Under the pieces are notes generated by a model. It did not search any database and was not told the DNA's origin. It saw nothing but the letters and a program-made list of their open reading frames with translations. Below, piece after piece: positions 23,576 through 34,050 of a stretch of 59,225 nt of DNA; position 1 is the first letter of the stretch; each line of letters opens with the position of its first letter. Both the position numbers and the translations under genes were made by a program. This DNA comes from an uncultured Pseudomonadota bacterium. GTDB lineage: Bacteria; Desulfobacterota; Syntrophorhabdia; Syntrophorhabdales; Syntrophorhabdaceae. The stretch covers positions 1-59,225 of the forward strand of contig CALMFJ010000017.1 of NCBI GenBank assembly GCA_937862865.1. The letters are read 5' to 3'.

Positions 23576-24517
23576 TTATCTCGCCCGTGCCTTCTTTTTC
23601 AGGAACCGGTCGAGATATCCCAGAACGCCGTTCGGCAGGAAAAATATCACGAGCATCATGATAATGCCGAGGGCAAGCGCCCAGTATACGGTAATGCCGC
23701 TGATATACGTTCTCAGGAGAACTATGATGGCCGCCCCCACCATGGGGCCGAGATAGCTCAGCCAGCCCCCGAGGAGACACATGATAACGAGCTCCAGGGA
23801 AACCGTCCAGAACATCATATCGGGGAAGACCGTGTTATCGACAACGACAAAGAGCGCCCCGGCCACGCCGCCGAAAAAACCGGCGATGGTCAGAGCGAGG
23901 AGCTGCTGAAGCCTCACGTTGACACCGATCATCTCCGACCGGACAGGGTTGTCCCGGATCCCCTGGAGCGCGCTCCCGAAAGGTGACTTGATCATACGGT
24001 ACAGGACGAACATCGAAATGGATGTCACAATAAGCGTGAAATAATATCCCCCGTTCGGCGAGGAGATAATGTCCGGCAGCGGGACCCCGTGGATCCCGTC
24101 ATCCCCCCCGGTGAAGGAATACCAGCGGTAGATTATCGCCCAGACAAGAGAGCCGAGCGATATCTGGAGCATCCCGAAATAGAGTTTCGACAGGCGGACG
24201 CAAATAAGCCCGATGATGAAACCGAGCATGGCTGCAACAACCGGGCCGACAATAAAGCCCAGCCATGGCGAAAGTCCCGTTTTCAGGATCATCAGAGCGG
24301 TGCCGTACGCCCCGGCCCCGTAGAAGACCGCATGGTGGAACTGGTACACACCCCCGTACCCGAGCACAAAGTTGAGGCTCGTGGCGCACAGGCCCGTGAG
24401 CAGGATAATGGCTGCGAGGTATACATAAAACCGGTCAAGAAAAACAGGGAAGAGGAAGAGGACAACAAGGGTGGCGATCACCCACAGGGACCTTTTCCGT
24501 AAGAACGAACCGGTCAT
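23576..24517 (-). CDS. livM: HAAT-family ABC transporter permease
   Basis: 313 aa polytopic membrane protein in the livHMGF gene order. Confidence 0.85.
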   Translation of the reverse strand: MTGSFLRKRSLWVIATLVVLFLFPVFLDRFYVYLAAIILLTGLCATSLNFVLGYGGVYQFHHAVFYGAGAYGTALMILKTGLSPWLGFIVGPVVAAMLGFIIGLICVRLSKLYFGMLQISLGSLVWAIIYRWYSFTGGDDGIHGVPLPDIISSPNGGYYFTLIVTSISMFVLYRMIKSPFGSALQGIRDNPVRSEMIGVNVRLQQLLALTIAGFFGGVAGALFVVVDNTVFPDMMFWTVSLELVIMCLLGGWLSYLGPMVGAAIIVLLRTYISGITVYWALALGIIMMLVIFFLPNGVLGYLDRFLKKKARAR

Positions 24518-24527
24518 GAAGCACCCC

Positions 24528-25427
24528 TCACCATGTCGACCTCAGGATGCCGGTCGGCCTGAAAATAAGGACGACAACCACCGCGCAATACGGGAAGACA
24601 ATCCCGAACTGGGGCCAGATCAGGATGCCGAGCGACTGCGTGAGGCCGAAGATGAGCGCCCCGAGAAGCGCACCCCAGACATTGCCGAGCCCCCCCATGA
24701 TGACGATGAGGAATGCCTCCATTATCAGTGTGTGGTCCATCCCGAGGGTGACACTGACCGTTGGCGCAACAAGAACCCCGCCGAGCCCTGCCAGAAGGCA
24801 CCCGATAACGAAGACGATCGCAAAGACCCAGTTCACGTTGATCCCGACCGCGCCGACCATTTCCCTGTCAACTGCGGCCGCGCGCGATATCTTGCCTATC
24901 TTTGTCTTGTTGGTCAAGAGCCACAACAATATCGCTATCACCGGGCCCATGACAAGGAGAAAAAAGCTGTAGATGGGGAAAGGCAGCCCCCCGAAGAGGT
25001 TTATGTATCCCTGAAACATGGACGGCACAGGAACGGAACGGTACTCCGCGCCCCAGATCAGTTTCACGAGGTCTCCGAAAACGAGGGAAAGTGCGAACGT
25101 GAGCAGAAGGAGCATCAGGTGCTCACGCTCGTACAGGAATTGGAACAGGGAGCGCTCGGCCACAAAGCTCAAGGCGGCGACCCCGAGCGGGGCCAGGATG
25201 AGGGCCACCCAGAAACCCGTCGTGCCCCCGCCGAAAAGATGCGACACGGTATAGGCCATGAAGGCGCCGATCATGTAGAGAGAGCCGTGAGCCACATTCG
25301 GGATCCTCAGGACGCCCAGAATGAGGCTCAGGCCCGACGACACTATGAAAAGAATTACCGTGCGCGAAAGCCCGACAAGGATCTGGCTTAATATGCCCGG
25401 GCTTATAAAACCGAGAACATTCTCCAT
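24528..25427 (-). CDS. livH: HAAT-family ABC transporter permease
   Basis: 299 aa polytopic membrane protein, upstream partner of livM. Confidence 0.85.
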   Translation of the reverse strand: MENVLGFISPGILSQILVGLSRTVILFIVSSGLSLILGVLRIPNVAHGSLYMIGAFMAYTVSHLFGGGTTGFWVALILAPLGVAALSFVAERSLFQFLYEREHLMLLLLTFALSLVFGDLVKLIWGAEYRSVPVPSMFQGYINLFGGLPFPIYSFFLLVMGPVIAILLWLLTNKTKIGKISRAAAVDREMVGAVGINVNWVFAIVFVIGCLLAGLGGVLVAPTVSVTLGMDHTLIMEAFLIVIMGGLGNVWGALLGALIFGLTQSLGILIWPQFGIVFPYCAVVVVLIFRPTGILRSTW

Positions 25428-25444
25428 TTATCTGTTCAATCCCT

Positions 25445-26662
25445 TTATTTCTTGCGAAGCTTCAGGACCTCCTGGCATGACGGGACATAGTCCTTGCCCT
25501 GGATGGTCTCTATGCTCCCCGCGATCAGGAAATCATACTTCGGGTCCTTTTTCGTGACGCCGAAGTACATCGGGAGCAAAAGCTGGTGATCGCATTTACG
25601 GATCTCCAGAGGGCCGACCGGGCTGTTCAGTGTCATACCTTCGAGGGCATTCACCAGCTTCTCCCTGTCGATCTTCCCCGCTTTTTTGTATCCCTCGGCA
25701 ATGAACTGGGCGGTCATATAGCCGTAAAGCGCCCCGATCCTGGGATTACGGTTATAGGCCTTCTTGAAGTCCGCCACAAATGCCCGGTTTTCCGGGGTAT
25801 CGGGATAATAGAAGAAATAGTTCGCCGTCCCGTATACGCCCTCGGGGGCATTTGCCCCTTGAGGCGCAAGGACCGAAAGCTCGGTTGCCGTATGCTGATA
25901 GAACGGGACCTTCTGGCTTAAGCCCGTCGCTTTCGCGGCCTTCTGGAAATTGACCATGCCGGACCCGCCTGTCGCCACGATGATAAAATCGGGCTTCGCG
26001 GCCAGTATCTGCGTTATGTACGGCGTAAAATCGGCCTCGCCGACCTTCCACCAGGTCTCCCCGACCTTCCGTACCGACGGTTTCAGCTTCTTGAGGTTGT
26101 TCCAGACGGCATCCGCTATTGCGTGGCCGTATTCGTAGTCATCGCCCGCGATCCAGTATTTCACGTACGGTTTTTTCGCCAGGGCGATCGCGGCCGCCCT
26201 GCCCGCCATTTCCGTATGCTCGTTCATGTTGAAAATGTAGCGATGGCCCTTCTCGCCGACGATCTTTTCGCTTTTCGCAAAGGTGACGAAAAAGGGCACC
26301 TTTTCCTTCTTCACGAAATCCGAGATGGCCAGGGTGGTGGCGCTGTTTATCGTTCCCATCAGGATATCGACCTTTTCCTTAAGAATGAGCTCTTTCGCCA
26401 TGGCAAGGCCGATGTCCGGCTTGAACTTTTCGTCCCGGGTCGTATACTCGACCTTCTTGCCGAGGATGCCCCCCTGGGCGTTTATACGCTCGACGGCGAG
26501 CTTGAAGCCGTCGAGGACATCGTTCGTGAAGGTCGTCGCCGGACCGGTGTAGGTATCGACGATACCCACCTTTATCGTGTTCGCGGCCTGAGAAACAGAG
26601 AGCATGCACAGTACGGACAACAGGATGACGGATAAGAAAATGACGCCGGAATACCTTTTCAT
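25445..26662 (-). CDS. ABC transporter substrate-binding protein (Leu/Ile/Val-binding protein family)
   Basis: RBS GGAGG lies 7 nt upstream of ATG 26662. Signal peptide MKRYSGVIFLSVILLSVLCMLSVSQA. Type I periplasmic binding fold (IKVGIVDTYTGP...). Confidence 0.85.
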   Translation of the reverse strand: MKRYSGVIFLSVILLSVLCMLSVSQAANTIKVGIVDTYTGPATTFTNDVLDGFKLAVERINAQGGILGKKVEYTTRDEKFKPDIGLAMAKELILKEKVDILMGTINSATTLAISDFVKKEKVPFFVTFAKSEKIVGEKGHRYIFNMNEHTEMAGRAAAIALAKKPYVKYWIAGDDYEYGHAIADAVWNNLKKLKPSVRKVGETWWKVGEADFTPYITQILAAKPDFIIVATGGSGMVNFQKAAKATGLSQKVPFYQHTATELSVLAPQGANAPEGVYGTANYFFYYPDTPENRAFVADFKKAYNRNPRIGALYGYMTAQFIAEGYKKAGKIDREKLVNALEGMTLNSPVGPLEIRKCDHQLLLPMYFGVTKKDPKYDFLIAGSIETIQGKDYVPSCQEVLKLRKK

Positions 26663-26746
26663 ATCAGCACCTCCATAAGATTGTTTTGCTTTGATTGACA
26701 TTGACACAGAAATTGCATTTTGTCAATTCGGTGTAAAAAAAATATT

Positions 26747-27439
26747 CTACTGGCTGCCAGGCCCGCTGTCGTCTTCCGTGTCCCGGAAGACATAATAAAG
26801 AATATCATCCCGTGCCTGAACAAGATGCGTTTTCAAAGCGGTGGTGATCTCAGCGGGGTCTCCCTTTTCAATGGCTTCTATTATCCTCTCATGCCCGTGC
26901 ATCGATCTTTCCGCGGTTTCAGCGAGGTAAATGCACTGGATCCTGTACCGCAGCATGTGGCGCCGCAATGTCTGGGTAAGCTCGAGAAGCCGTTCGCTTC
27001 CGGCAAGGCGCGCAATGATATCATGAAACTGAGCATCGAGCTCAGCATAACCCTTCAGGTTGCCTTTTGCTATATATTTCTTTTGATTGGCTATGCTTCT
27101 CTTCAGCGACTGGATGAGCCTGTCCCTCTGCCTCCGCAAGGCCCATTCGACGGCAAGCCCTTCGATCGCGGCCCGTATCTCGCATATCTGCTCGACCTCT
27201 TCCATGTCCATCCCCCGCACGACGTACCCGACCCGCGGAATGGACACGACAAGCTTTTCAAGCTCAAGGTTGTGAAGCGCTTCGCGGACCGGCGTGCGCG
27301 ACGTGCCGATCTCTTCCGCGATCTTTGCCTCGATAAGCCGGTCCTTGGGGGCAATTGCCCCTTTCAGGATCTCCTCGCGGATGTGATGATAGACCTTCTG
27401 CCGGATCGTCTTGTCTTTTCGGATGACGAGTTTTCTCAT
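26747..27439 (-). CDS. GntR-family (FadR/FCD subfamily) transcriptional regulator
   Basis: N-terminal winged helix RLIEAKIAEEIGTSRTPVREAL and a C-terminal all-helical FCD-like domain. Confidence 0.85.
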   Translation of the reverse strand: MRKLVIRKDKTIRQKVYHHIREEILKGAIAPKDRLIEAKIAEEIGTSRTPVREALHNLELEKLVVSIPRVGYVVRGMDMEEVEQICEIRAAIEGLAVEWALRRQRDRLIQSLKRSIANQKKYIAKGNLKGYAELDAQFHDIIARLAGSERLLELTQTLRRHMLRYRIQCIYLAETAERSMHGHERIIEAIEKGDPAEITTALKTHLVQARDDILYYVFRDTEDDSGPGSQ

Positions 27440-27536
27440 TATTTTTGTATACTGTACCCCAGGCTTTGCAATCCTTCAAGTTTTTTGTGCCATACCTGTT
27501 GTAACGTTCCGATAAATGGTGTATAAATAAGCCACG

Positions 27537-28484
27537 ATGCGCCTGGGTTTAATCCTTGTATTCTTTCTTGCCGTGGTCTTCACCCCCCATGTTCTCCCGG
27601 CAGTCGAAAACGGCTCCAACGGCGGTATAACAGCAGCGTCCTACATTCTCGTTGAAAAAGACACGTTCCGCATTATAACGGGGAAGGACTATCACCGGCG
27701 GCTTCCCCCGGCGAGCACGACCAAGGTCATGACAACGCTGGTAGCCCTCGAACGCTTAAGCGGTGAAGAGGCCGTCGCGGCCGACAAGAACGTGACGACC
27801 ATACCCCGCTCCAAGATGAACCTCGTTCCCGGGAGAAAATACCGCTCCTATGACCTCATGACGGGCATGATGGTGGAGTCGGCAAACGATGCGGCGTACA
27901 CGCTCGCAACGTTTATCGCGGGCTCGGAGACAGCGTTCGCGCGGATAATGACGGAAAGGGCGCGGAGCCTTGGGGCGCTCGACACCAATTTCGTGAATGC
28001 TTCGGGCCTCCCTGCGGACAATCAGTACTCGAGCCCGTACGATCTCGCCCTCATCTTCCAGCAGGCCCTTACCAACGAACGGTTCGTAAGCCTCGCACAG
28101 ACCCGGTACTTCACGTTTGAGGACAGCGCTCGCAAGATCAGGTACAAGAACCACAACAGGCTCCTGTTCTGTTTCGATCCGGCCATCGGCGGGAAAACAG
28201 GGTATACCCGCGCCGCACGCCATTGCTATGTCGGCGCGTTCGAAAAGAACGGTAAGATCTATATCCTTGCAATGCTCGGAAGCCGGAGCCTCTGGAAAGA
28301 CACCGTTCAGATACTGAGAACGATATACGATGACGTGCCGTCGGACGAAGAGCTTCGCCAGGCCAGGGCCTCACGCGTATCCTACTCCTCCAAAACGATT
28401 GCGCGGAAGAAAAACTCATCCCATTCCAAAAAGACCGTAAAGCGCCGCACCGGCAAAACCAGCAAAAAATACGCAAAAAAATAA
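27537..28484 (+). CDS. D-alanyl-D-alanine carboxypeptidase (S11, PBP5/6-like)
   Basis: Signal peptide; SxxK (STTK), SxN (SAN) and KTG (KTGYT) motifs; Lys-rich C-terminal tail. Confidence 0.85.
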   Translation: MRLGLILVFFLAVVFTPHVLPAVENGSNGGITAASYILVEKDTFRIITGKDYHRRLPPASTTKVMTTLVALERLSGEEAVAADKNVTTIPRSKMNLVPGRKYRSYDLMTGMMVESANDAAYTLATFIAGSETAFARIMTERARSLGALDTNFVNASGLPADNQYSSPYDLALIFQQALTNERFVSLAQTRYFTFEDSARKIRYKNHNRLLFCFDPAIGGKTGYTRAARHCYVGAFEKNGKIYILAMLGSRSLWKDTVQILRTIYDDVPSDEELRQARASRVSYSSKTIARKKNSSHSKKTVKRRTGKTSKKYAKK

Positions 28485-29810
28485 ATGAAAAAATGTTTCA
28501 CCATCATCACGATACTCGCGCTCATCGCCGCATCTGTGCCGGCCAGGGCGCTTACCAACGACGAGGAGCTCAAGTACGGCAAAGAGGTGTTCCTCGAAAT
28601 AGCCCGTACAGTACCCGTAAACAACGATCCCTACATGTCGTTCTACCTCAACGACATACGGAACAGGCTTGACAGCAAGACGATCATGCCCTTCAACGTC
28701 GTGCTCACCGTCATCGACTCACCGACAATAGATGCGTTTGCGACGATAGGCGGATATGTCTACATCGCATCGGGGCTCATAGCGAATTGCGACAACGAGG
28801 AAGAGCTGGCGGGCGTCATGGCCCACGAGTTCGCACACATAAAAAAGCGGCATATCGCGAAGAGGATGGAGAAGCAAAAGTACATCAACGCCACGATGCT
28901 GGCCACGATGCTGGCGGCCCTGCTCGTCGGCGATGCCGCGCGCACTGCCGTCCTTGCCATGGGGATGGGATCGGCCCAGACCATGTCACTGAAATATTCG
29001 CGGCAAGACGAGGAGGAGGCCGACAGGGAAGGGTCCACTCTCGCAAACGCTGCGGGGTACGGGGGACTCGGGATCGCGGATTTTCTCAAGAAACTCAGGT
29101 ATGGCGGCGGCGACAAGCTTTATCCCCAGTATCTCCTCACGCACCCGTACCATGAAAGCCGTATTATAGCCCTCGAATCGATGTGGAAGAGGCAGCCGCC
29201 GTCGAAAGAGGTTTCTCTTTTCCCGTACGTGATCGCACGGGCAAAGGCGGTCCAGAACTACAAGGCGACAGGGCTCGTTGACGATATATGGGTAAAACGC
29301 TACACCCAGAACGGCAAAGATCCCGTAGCCGCCTACGGGGCGTCCCTGTATTATGCGTTCAAGGGGAACTTCGAGAAGGCGCTCGAGATAGCGCGGTCGA
29401 ACCCGTCGCCCTACAGGGACCTCTTCATCGGGGAGATACTCATCCTGGCCAACCGCTTTCCCGACGCGGTCGAGGCCCTCCGGGATGTTTACGAAAGGGT
29501 GGGGCGATACTACCTGGCGCGGGCGTATGAGGGAATGGGCCGCTCCGACCTTGCGGCCGCAACGTACAGCTCCCTGCTCCCGTACGCCCCGATCTATCCG
29601 GAAATATACTACCGCCTGGGGATGGTTGAGGGCCGGACCGGGAACGAGGGTGCGGGCCACATGTACCTCGGATACTACTACATGAGCAGAGGCGATTACG
29701 TGCTCGCCAGAACGAACTTTGAGAAGGCCATCTCGCGCTACGGCATCAATTCCCGTCAGGGCACCGAGATCATGCGCGTGCTTGCGTCCATGGAACCGAA
29801 AAAGAAATAA
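28485..29810 (+). CDS. M48-family Zn metalloprotease with C-terminal TPR-like region (BepA/YfgC-like)
   Basis: Signal peptide; HEFAHIKKRH zinc motif; the ATG directly abuts the preceding stop codon. Confidence 0.8.
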   Translation: MKKCFTIITILALIAASVPARALTNDEELKYGKEVFLEIARTVPVNNDPYMSFYLNDIRNRLDSKTIMPFNVVLTVIDSPTIDAFATIGGYVYIASGLIANCDNEEELAGVMAHEFAHIKKRHIAKRMEKQKYINATMLATMLAALLVGDAARTAVLAMGMGSAQTMSLKYSRQDEEEADREGSTLANAAGYGGLGIADFLKKLRYGGGDKLYPQYLLTHPYHESRIIALESMWKRQPPSKEVSLFPYVIARAKAVQNYKATGLVDDIWVKRYTQNGKDPVAAYGASLYYAFKGNFEKALEIARSNPSPYRDLFIGEILILANRFPDAVEALRDVYERVGRYYLARAYEGMGRSDLAAATYSSLLPYAPIYPEIYYRLGMVEGRTGNEGAGHMYLGYYYMSRGDYVLARTNFEKAISRYGINSRQGTEIMRVLASMEPKKK

Positions 29811-29848
29811 GCACCCGGGTGCCGGAACGGCCGAACGCGCGTCTTCCC

Positions 29849-30712
29849 TCAATACTGACTGAGGGGCAGGGCCTCGATAATCCGGGCTATCGCCCCGGGG
29901 CCCACATTGTCAACGCCCTGTTTCAGCGAAATATTGTTCCCCCGCGGATGCCACACAACGGGATCAAAATCGGTGAACACCGTGATCGTCGTGAGTCCGC
30001 ACGCACCGGCGAGGTGTGCCATTCCGGAATCATTCGACACAAAAATGCCGCCCCGGGAGAAGAGCTCTTTGACCGCAGCGAGCTCGTGAATGACGATGCT
30101 CTCCCCGGGGAATTCGACGTCGGCGGGCTTCAAGACAACTGTGCCGGTCTCGTCCTTTTCGAGGCTGTCCCGCAGGGCAAGAAAATGTTCCGGGGGCCAT
30201 TTCCCCTTCGCAAAACCCTTTTCCGGATAAAGGATGACGGGGCCGGGCTTAGCGGAACCAACCCCGGCCCTGACCGGCTCGATACCGAACTTTCGAAGCT
30301 GCCGAAGCTGGTATTCCTCGATGTGCAGCCTTTCATGCGGCGACGCGGAGCTCTTCGTTCCGGGGCCCGGGAACGCACCGTCGGGGTACATGTCGATAAA
30401 TATCAATTCTTCCCGGGAATAGGCCGCCCAGCGCTTCCGGATGGACCCCTGCCTGTCCTTGCCAATGAAGATGATCCTTCTGAAATCGGCGCCGGTCAGC
30501 TTTTCCGAAAAAAGGTAGAGCCAGTGGCGTGATTCCACCCCGTACGTCTTCGTAAAATACGCAGGGAAAAGATCGAAAAAGCGGCGGTTCCCGAGTCCCA
30601 CAAGGCAGGGGCCGAAATGGCCTCTCAGCGACAGAAATATTGATTCGGCGAGGCAGATATCACCAAGGCCTCCCAGATGGACAACGAGGACCCCGGCGCG
30701 ACTATCGGGCAT
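29849..30712 (-). CDS. glycosyltransferase family 9 (heptosyltransferase-like)
   Basis: GT9 hallmarks LGGLGD near the N-terminus and NDSGMAHLAGACG near the C-terminus. Confidence 0.7.
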   Translation of the reverse strand: MPDSRAGVLVVHLGGLGDICLAESIFLSLRGHFGPCLVGLGNRRFFDLFPAYFTKTYGVESRHWLYLFSEKLTGADFRRIIFIGKDRQGSIRKRWAAYSREELIFIDMYPDGAFPGPGTKSSASPHERLHIEEYQLRQLRKFGIEPVRAGVGSAKPGPVILYPEKGFAKGKWPPEHFLALRDSLEKDETGTVVLKPADVEFPGESIVIHELAAVKELFSRGGIFVSNDSGMAHLAGACGLTTITVFTDFDPVVWHPRGNNISLKQGVDNVGPGAIARIIEALPLSQY

Positions 30713-31727
30713 TCGGGGGAACCGGCAGCGTTATCGACAGCTCTTCCGCGACATATCTCTTTTGAAGGGCTTTTATGAGGTCGTGGCGCACGGCATAAAG
30801 GGAGCCGGAATCCTTGACCCTGACGGTGACCGAAAGGCCGATCCCGGTATCGCCGAACGCGGTGAAACGGACCAATGGCACTTCGGCGCCAATGGTTCCG
30901 GGCGCCTCGCGCACAACATCCCATGCCGCCTCGCGGGATATTGCCTCGACCCTGTCGAGGTCGGCCGAGCGGGGCACCGTGAACTCTACGCTCAGCGACA
31001 TCTGCGGGTCGGGAAGATCGCAGTTTGTGATCGTTGCCGATGCAACATGGGCATTCGGCACGATGATAATGTTGTGTGCGGGCGAGGTGATCGTGGTCGA
31101 CCGCCAGGTTATATCGGTAACGGTCCCTTCTTCACCCGAATTGAGCTTGATGTGGTCCCCCGGGCGCAGCTGCTTCGATGCGATGATATGGAGGCCCGCG
31201 AACAGGTTCGACAGCGTGTCCTTAAGCGCGAGGGCCACAGCAAGCCCTCCCACGCCGAGGGCCGTGAGCAGCGGGGCGATCGATATCCCGAGAAAATTGA
31301 GGATGACGAGGAGGCCCGCAATAATGATCGTCGCCTTGAAAACGCCCAGGATAATCCCCGTCGCCGGGACATCGATATCCGAGCGCCGGGCGTAATTCTC
31401 AAAGGCCCTGACCGCCAGGTTCGCGATCGCCACCGTCACGGAAAAGATGAGCAATATAGAGATGGTCCGGTCGACTATGAGGACATATTTTCGCGGCAGG
31501 CCGGAAAACTCGACAGCAAAATAGAGCCCGACCGCGACGCACCAGAATATAGAAGGGACCTTGAAGGACCTGAGGACCCCCGCCTGTATGGTCATCCCTG
31601 AACCGGCGGTCCATTTCTTCAGGAAATGCACGAGCACTCCGCGCACGATGAAAAGCACCACGATGACAGAGGCTGCCACGACAGACGGGACAAAAAGGCT
31701 GTTGAAGAGGGGCTCGAAGCTTTTCAT
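30702..31727 (-). CDS. mechanosensitive ion channel (MscS family)
   Basis: Several N-terminal TM helices, then the MscS beta-domain PGDHIKLNSGEEGTVTDITWRSTTI. Confidence 0.85.
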   Translation of the reverse strand: MKSFEPLFNSLFVPSVVAASVIVVLFIVRGVLVHFLKKWTAGSGMTIQAGVLRSFKVPSIFWCVAVGLYFAVEFSGLPRKYVLIVDRTISILLIFSVTVAIANLAVRAFENYARRSDIDVPATGIILGVFKATIIIAGLLVILNFLGISIAPLLTALGVGGLAVALALKDTLSNLFAGLHIIASKQLRPGDHIKLNSGEEGTVTDITWRSTTITSPAHNIIIVPNAHVASATITNCDLPDPQMSLSVEFTVPRSADLDRVEAISREAAWDVVREAPGTIGAEVPLVRFTAFGDTGIGLSVTVRVKDSGSLYAVRHDLIKALQKRYVAEELSITLPVPPNAR

Positions 31728-31730
31728 AGA

Positions 31731-31799
31731 ATGGGCAATGGGTAAGAGGCAATGGGCGATGGGTATTTTCCTGTAGCCTATAGCCCATTGCCTCTTACC
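31731..31799. repeat. heptamer-periodic inverted repeat, family 1, element B
   Basis: 31741-31765 is GGTAAGAGGCAATGGGCGATGGGTA. The reverse complement of 31774-31799 is GGTAAGAGGCAATGGGCTATAGGCTA. The first 17 nt are perfect and the loop is 8 nt. An extra ATGGGCA unit lies at 31731. Confidence 0.88.
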
Positions 31800-31804
31800 A
31801 CGTT

Positions 31805-32722
31805 TTACAATCTGATATCCGTAAACTGCATGCAGCCCTTCAGCGCGTGATACCTTTCCTTTATTTCGGGCATCGTCAGTCTCTTTATCCTGTTGATGCT
31901 GAAGTCCTCAACGTTGAAAGATGCCATGACCGTACCCATGATGATGGCCTGCTTCACGCTTTCGGCGGTCGCCTCGCCGACGTTGGCGAGGTATCCCATG
32001 AAACCGCCGGCGAACGTGTCTCCCGCTCCAGTCGGGTCGAAGACGTCCTCCAGGGGGAATGCCGGGGCAAGGAACACCTCGTCGCGGTTCATCATGAACA
32101 CACCGTATTCGCCGCGCTTGGCGACAACGCATGTCGGGCCCGTCTCGATCAGCTTGCGGGCGCCTTTCAGGAGATTGTGCTCTTTGGTTATCTCGCGGAG
32201 TTCCGCCTCGTTTATCACGAGCATGTCAACCCGCTCAATCACCTTCATGAGCGCGTCCAGTTTGTTCTCGATCCAGAAGTTCATCGTATCGAGAACAAGG
32301 GCGGCGGGTTTCGCTACCTGGTCGATAACGTGGAGTTGGAGTTCCGGGTCGATATTCGCGAGGAAAAGAAATTCTGCGTTCCTGTAGTCTTCCGGCACCT
32401 TCGGCTTGAAGGTCTCGATAACATTCAGCTCCGTTTTAAGGGTTATGGCCTGGTTGAGGTCGTACCCGTACCTGCCTTCCCAGCGGAAGGTCTTCCCCTG
32501 GTCCACCTCGATGCCGGAGAGGTCCACGCTGCGGTCCTTCAGGAAGGATATCCCCTCCAGATCGAAATCGCTGCCGACCGTGGCCACGATGCCGACATCG
32601 GTAAAGAAGCTGGCCGCGTTCGTAAAATGGAGCGCCGAGCCCCCGAGGACATTGTCGGCTTTCCCGAAAGGCGTTTCTATGGAGTCATATGCGACGGTCC
32701 CTGCCACGCAAAGCTTGATCAT
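31805..32722 (-). CDS. PfkB/ribokinase-family kinase (adenosine kinase candidate by context)
   Basis: [13 protein letters not shown] motif. Start at MIKLCVAG (32722), overlapping the ahcY stop by 4 nt. Confidence 0.8.
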   Translation of the reverse strand: MIKLCVAGTVAYDSIETPFGKADNVLGGSALHFTNAASFFTDVGIVATVGSDFDLEGISFLKDRSVDLSGIEVDQGKTFRWEGRYGYDLNQAITLKTELNVIETFKPKVPEDYRNAEFLFLANIDPELQLHVIDQVAKPAALVLDTMNFWIENKLDALMKVIERVDMLVINEAELREITKEHNLLKGARKLIETGPTCVVAKRGEYGVFMMNRDEVFLAPAFPLEDVFDPTGAGDTFAGGFMGYLANVGEATAESVKQAIIMGTVMASFNVEDFSINRIKRLTMPEIKERYHALKGCMQFTDIRL

Positions 32723-34050
32723 GTTCCCATCTCCCATGACGCGAGGTATTTCTTCTGTTCCTCGGTCAGGGTGTCGATCTTAACACCGGCCGATGCGAGC
32801 TTGAGCGAGGCCACCTGTTCGTCGATGGCCTTGGGAACGGAATACACCTTCTTCTCCAGTTTTTTGGCGTTCTTCCACATGTACTCGGAGCAGAGCGCCT
32901 GGTTCGCAAAGCTCATATCCATAACGTCGGACGGGTGGCCTTCCGCGCACGCCAGGTTGACGAGCCTGCCCTCGCCGAGGAGGAATATCTTCCTGTTGTC
33001 CTTGAGCGTGTATTCGTCAATGAAGCCCCGGATCCGCCTTTTCGCCTTTTTCATCTTCTCCAGCGCCTCGATCTCGATCTCGACATTGAAGTGGCCGGAA
33101 TTGCAGACGATCGCGCCGTCCTTCATCTTCCTGAAATGCTCTTCGCGGATGACGTGGATGTCGCCGGTGGTCGTCACGAATATATCGCCGATAGCCGCCG
33201 CCTTCTCCATTTCCATCACCTCGAAACCGTCCATGTGGGCCTCCAGCGCGCGAAGCGGGTCGACCTCGGCGACGATGACGTGGGCGCCGAGCCCTTTTGC
33301 GCGCATGGTGACGCCTTTGCCGCACCAGCCGTACCCCGCGAGGACGAACGTGGCGCCTGCGAAAAGGATGTTCGTTGCGCGCAGGATTCCGTCGACCGTG
33401 CTCTGGCCTGTGCCGTACCGGTTGTCGAACATATGTTTTGTCAGCGCGTCATTGACCGCGACGACGGGGAACTGGAGGACGCCCTCGAGCTCCATGCTCT
33501 TGAGCCGGATAACGCCCGTGGTCGTCTCTTCCATCGACCCGACCACGTCGCCGACGAGCGCCTGACGGTCTTTTTTGCTGAGCTTCTTCACCCATTTCTT
33601 GATGACGTCGTGCAGGGCGTCCATCCTGTCAAAGGCGATCATGTGGAGGGCGCCGACAAGGTCCGCGCCGTCATCCATCGTAATGTTGGGCATGAAGGAA
33701 AGGGCCTTCATGATGTGCTCGTAGTACTGCTTGTCCGTCTCGCCCTTGATCGAATAAGTCGGGATGCCGAAATGCTTCACGATCGCCGCCGCGACATCGT
33801 CCTGCGTGCTCAAGGGGTTCGACGCGCACAGGACGACCTCGGCCCCGGCGGCCTTCAGTGTCTTCACCAGGTTCGCCGTTTCCGTCGTCACGTGGAGGCA
33901 GCAGGCGATCCTGACGCCTTTCAGCGGTTTCTGCCGTGCAAACCGCTTCGCGATCTGCCGTAAAACGGGCATTCTTCTTTCTGCCCATTCGATGCGTTCC
34001 AACCCCGCATCGGCCAGCTTCATATCCTTAACATCATAATCAATAGCCAT
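32719..34050 (-). CDS. ahcY: adenosylhomocysteinase
   Basis: 443 aa; NAD-binding GYGWCGKG; conserved [10 protein letters not shown]. Confidence 0.95.
   Translation of the reverse strand: MAIDYDVKDMKLADAGLERIEWAERRMPVLRQIAKRFARQKPLKGVRIACCLHVTTETANLVKTLKAAGAEVVLCASNPLSTQDDVAAAIVKHFGIPTYSIKGETDKQYYEHIMKALSFMPNITMDDGADLVGALHMIAFDRMDALHDVIKKWVKKLSKKDRQALVGDVVGSMEETTTGVIRLKSMELEGVLQFPVVAVNDALTKHMFDNRYGTGQSTVDGILRATNILFAGATFVLAGYGWCGKGVTMRAKGLGAHVIVAEVDPLRALEAHMDGFEVMEMEKAAAIGDIFVTTTGDIHVIREEHFRKMKDGAIVCNSGHFNVEIEIEALEKMKKAKRRIRGFIDEYTLKDNRKIFLLGEGRLVNLACAEGHPSDVMDMSFANQALCSEYMWKNAKKLEKKVYSVPKAIDEQVASLKLASAGVKIDTLTEEQKKYLASWEMGT

Noticed and set aside
29811-29848. GCACCCGGGTGC palindrome between the convergent M48 peptidase and GT9 genes, as a possible bidirectional terminator.
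   Set aside because: The stem is only 4-5 bp with a minimal loop and has no T-tract on either side, which is too weak to call.
31847-33565. 572-aa plus-strand ORF, the longest unexplained ORF in the track.
   Set aside because: It lies entirely antisense to the well-supported pfkB-kinase and ahcY genes. Its translation is low-complexity and Arg/Ala/Pro-rich with no motifs, which is a typical GC-rich antisense artefact.
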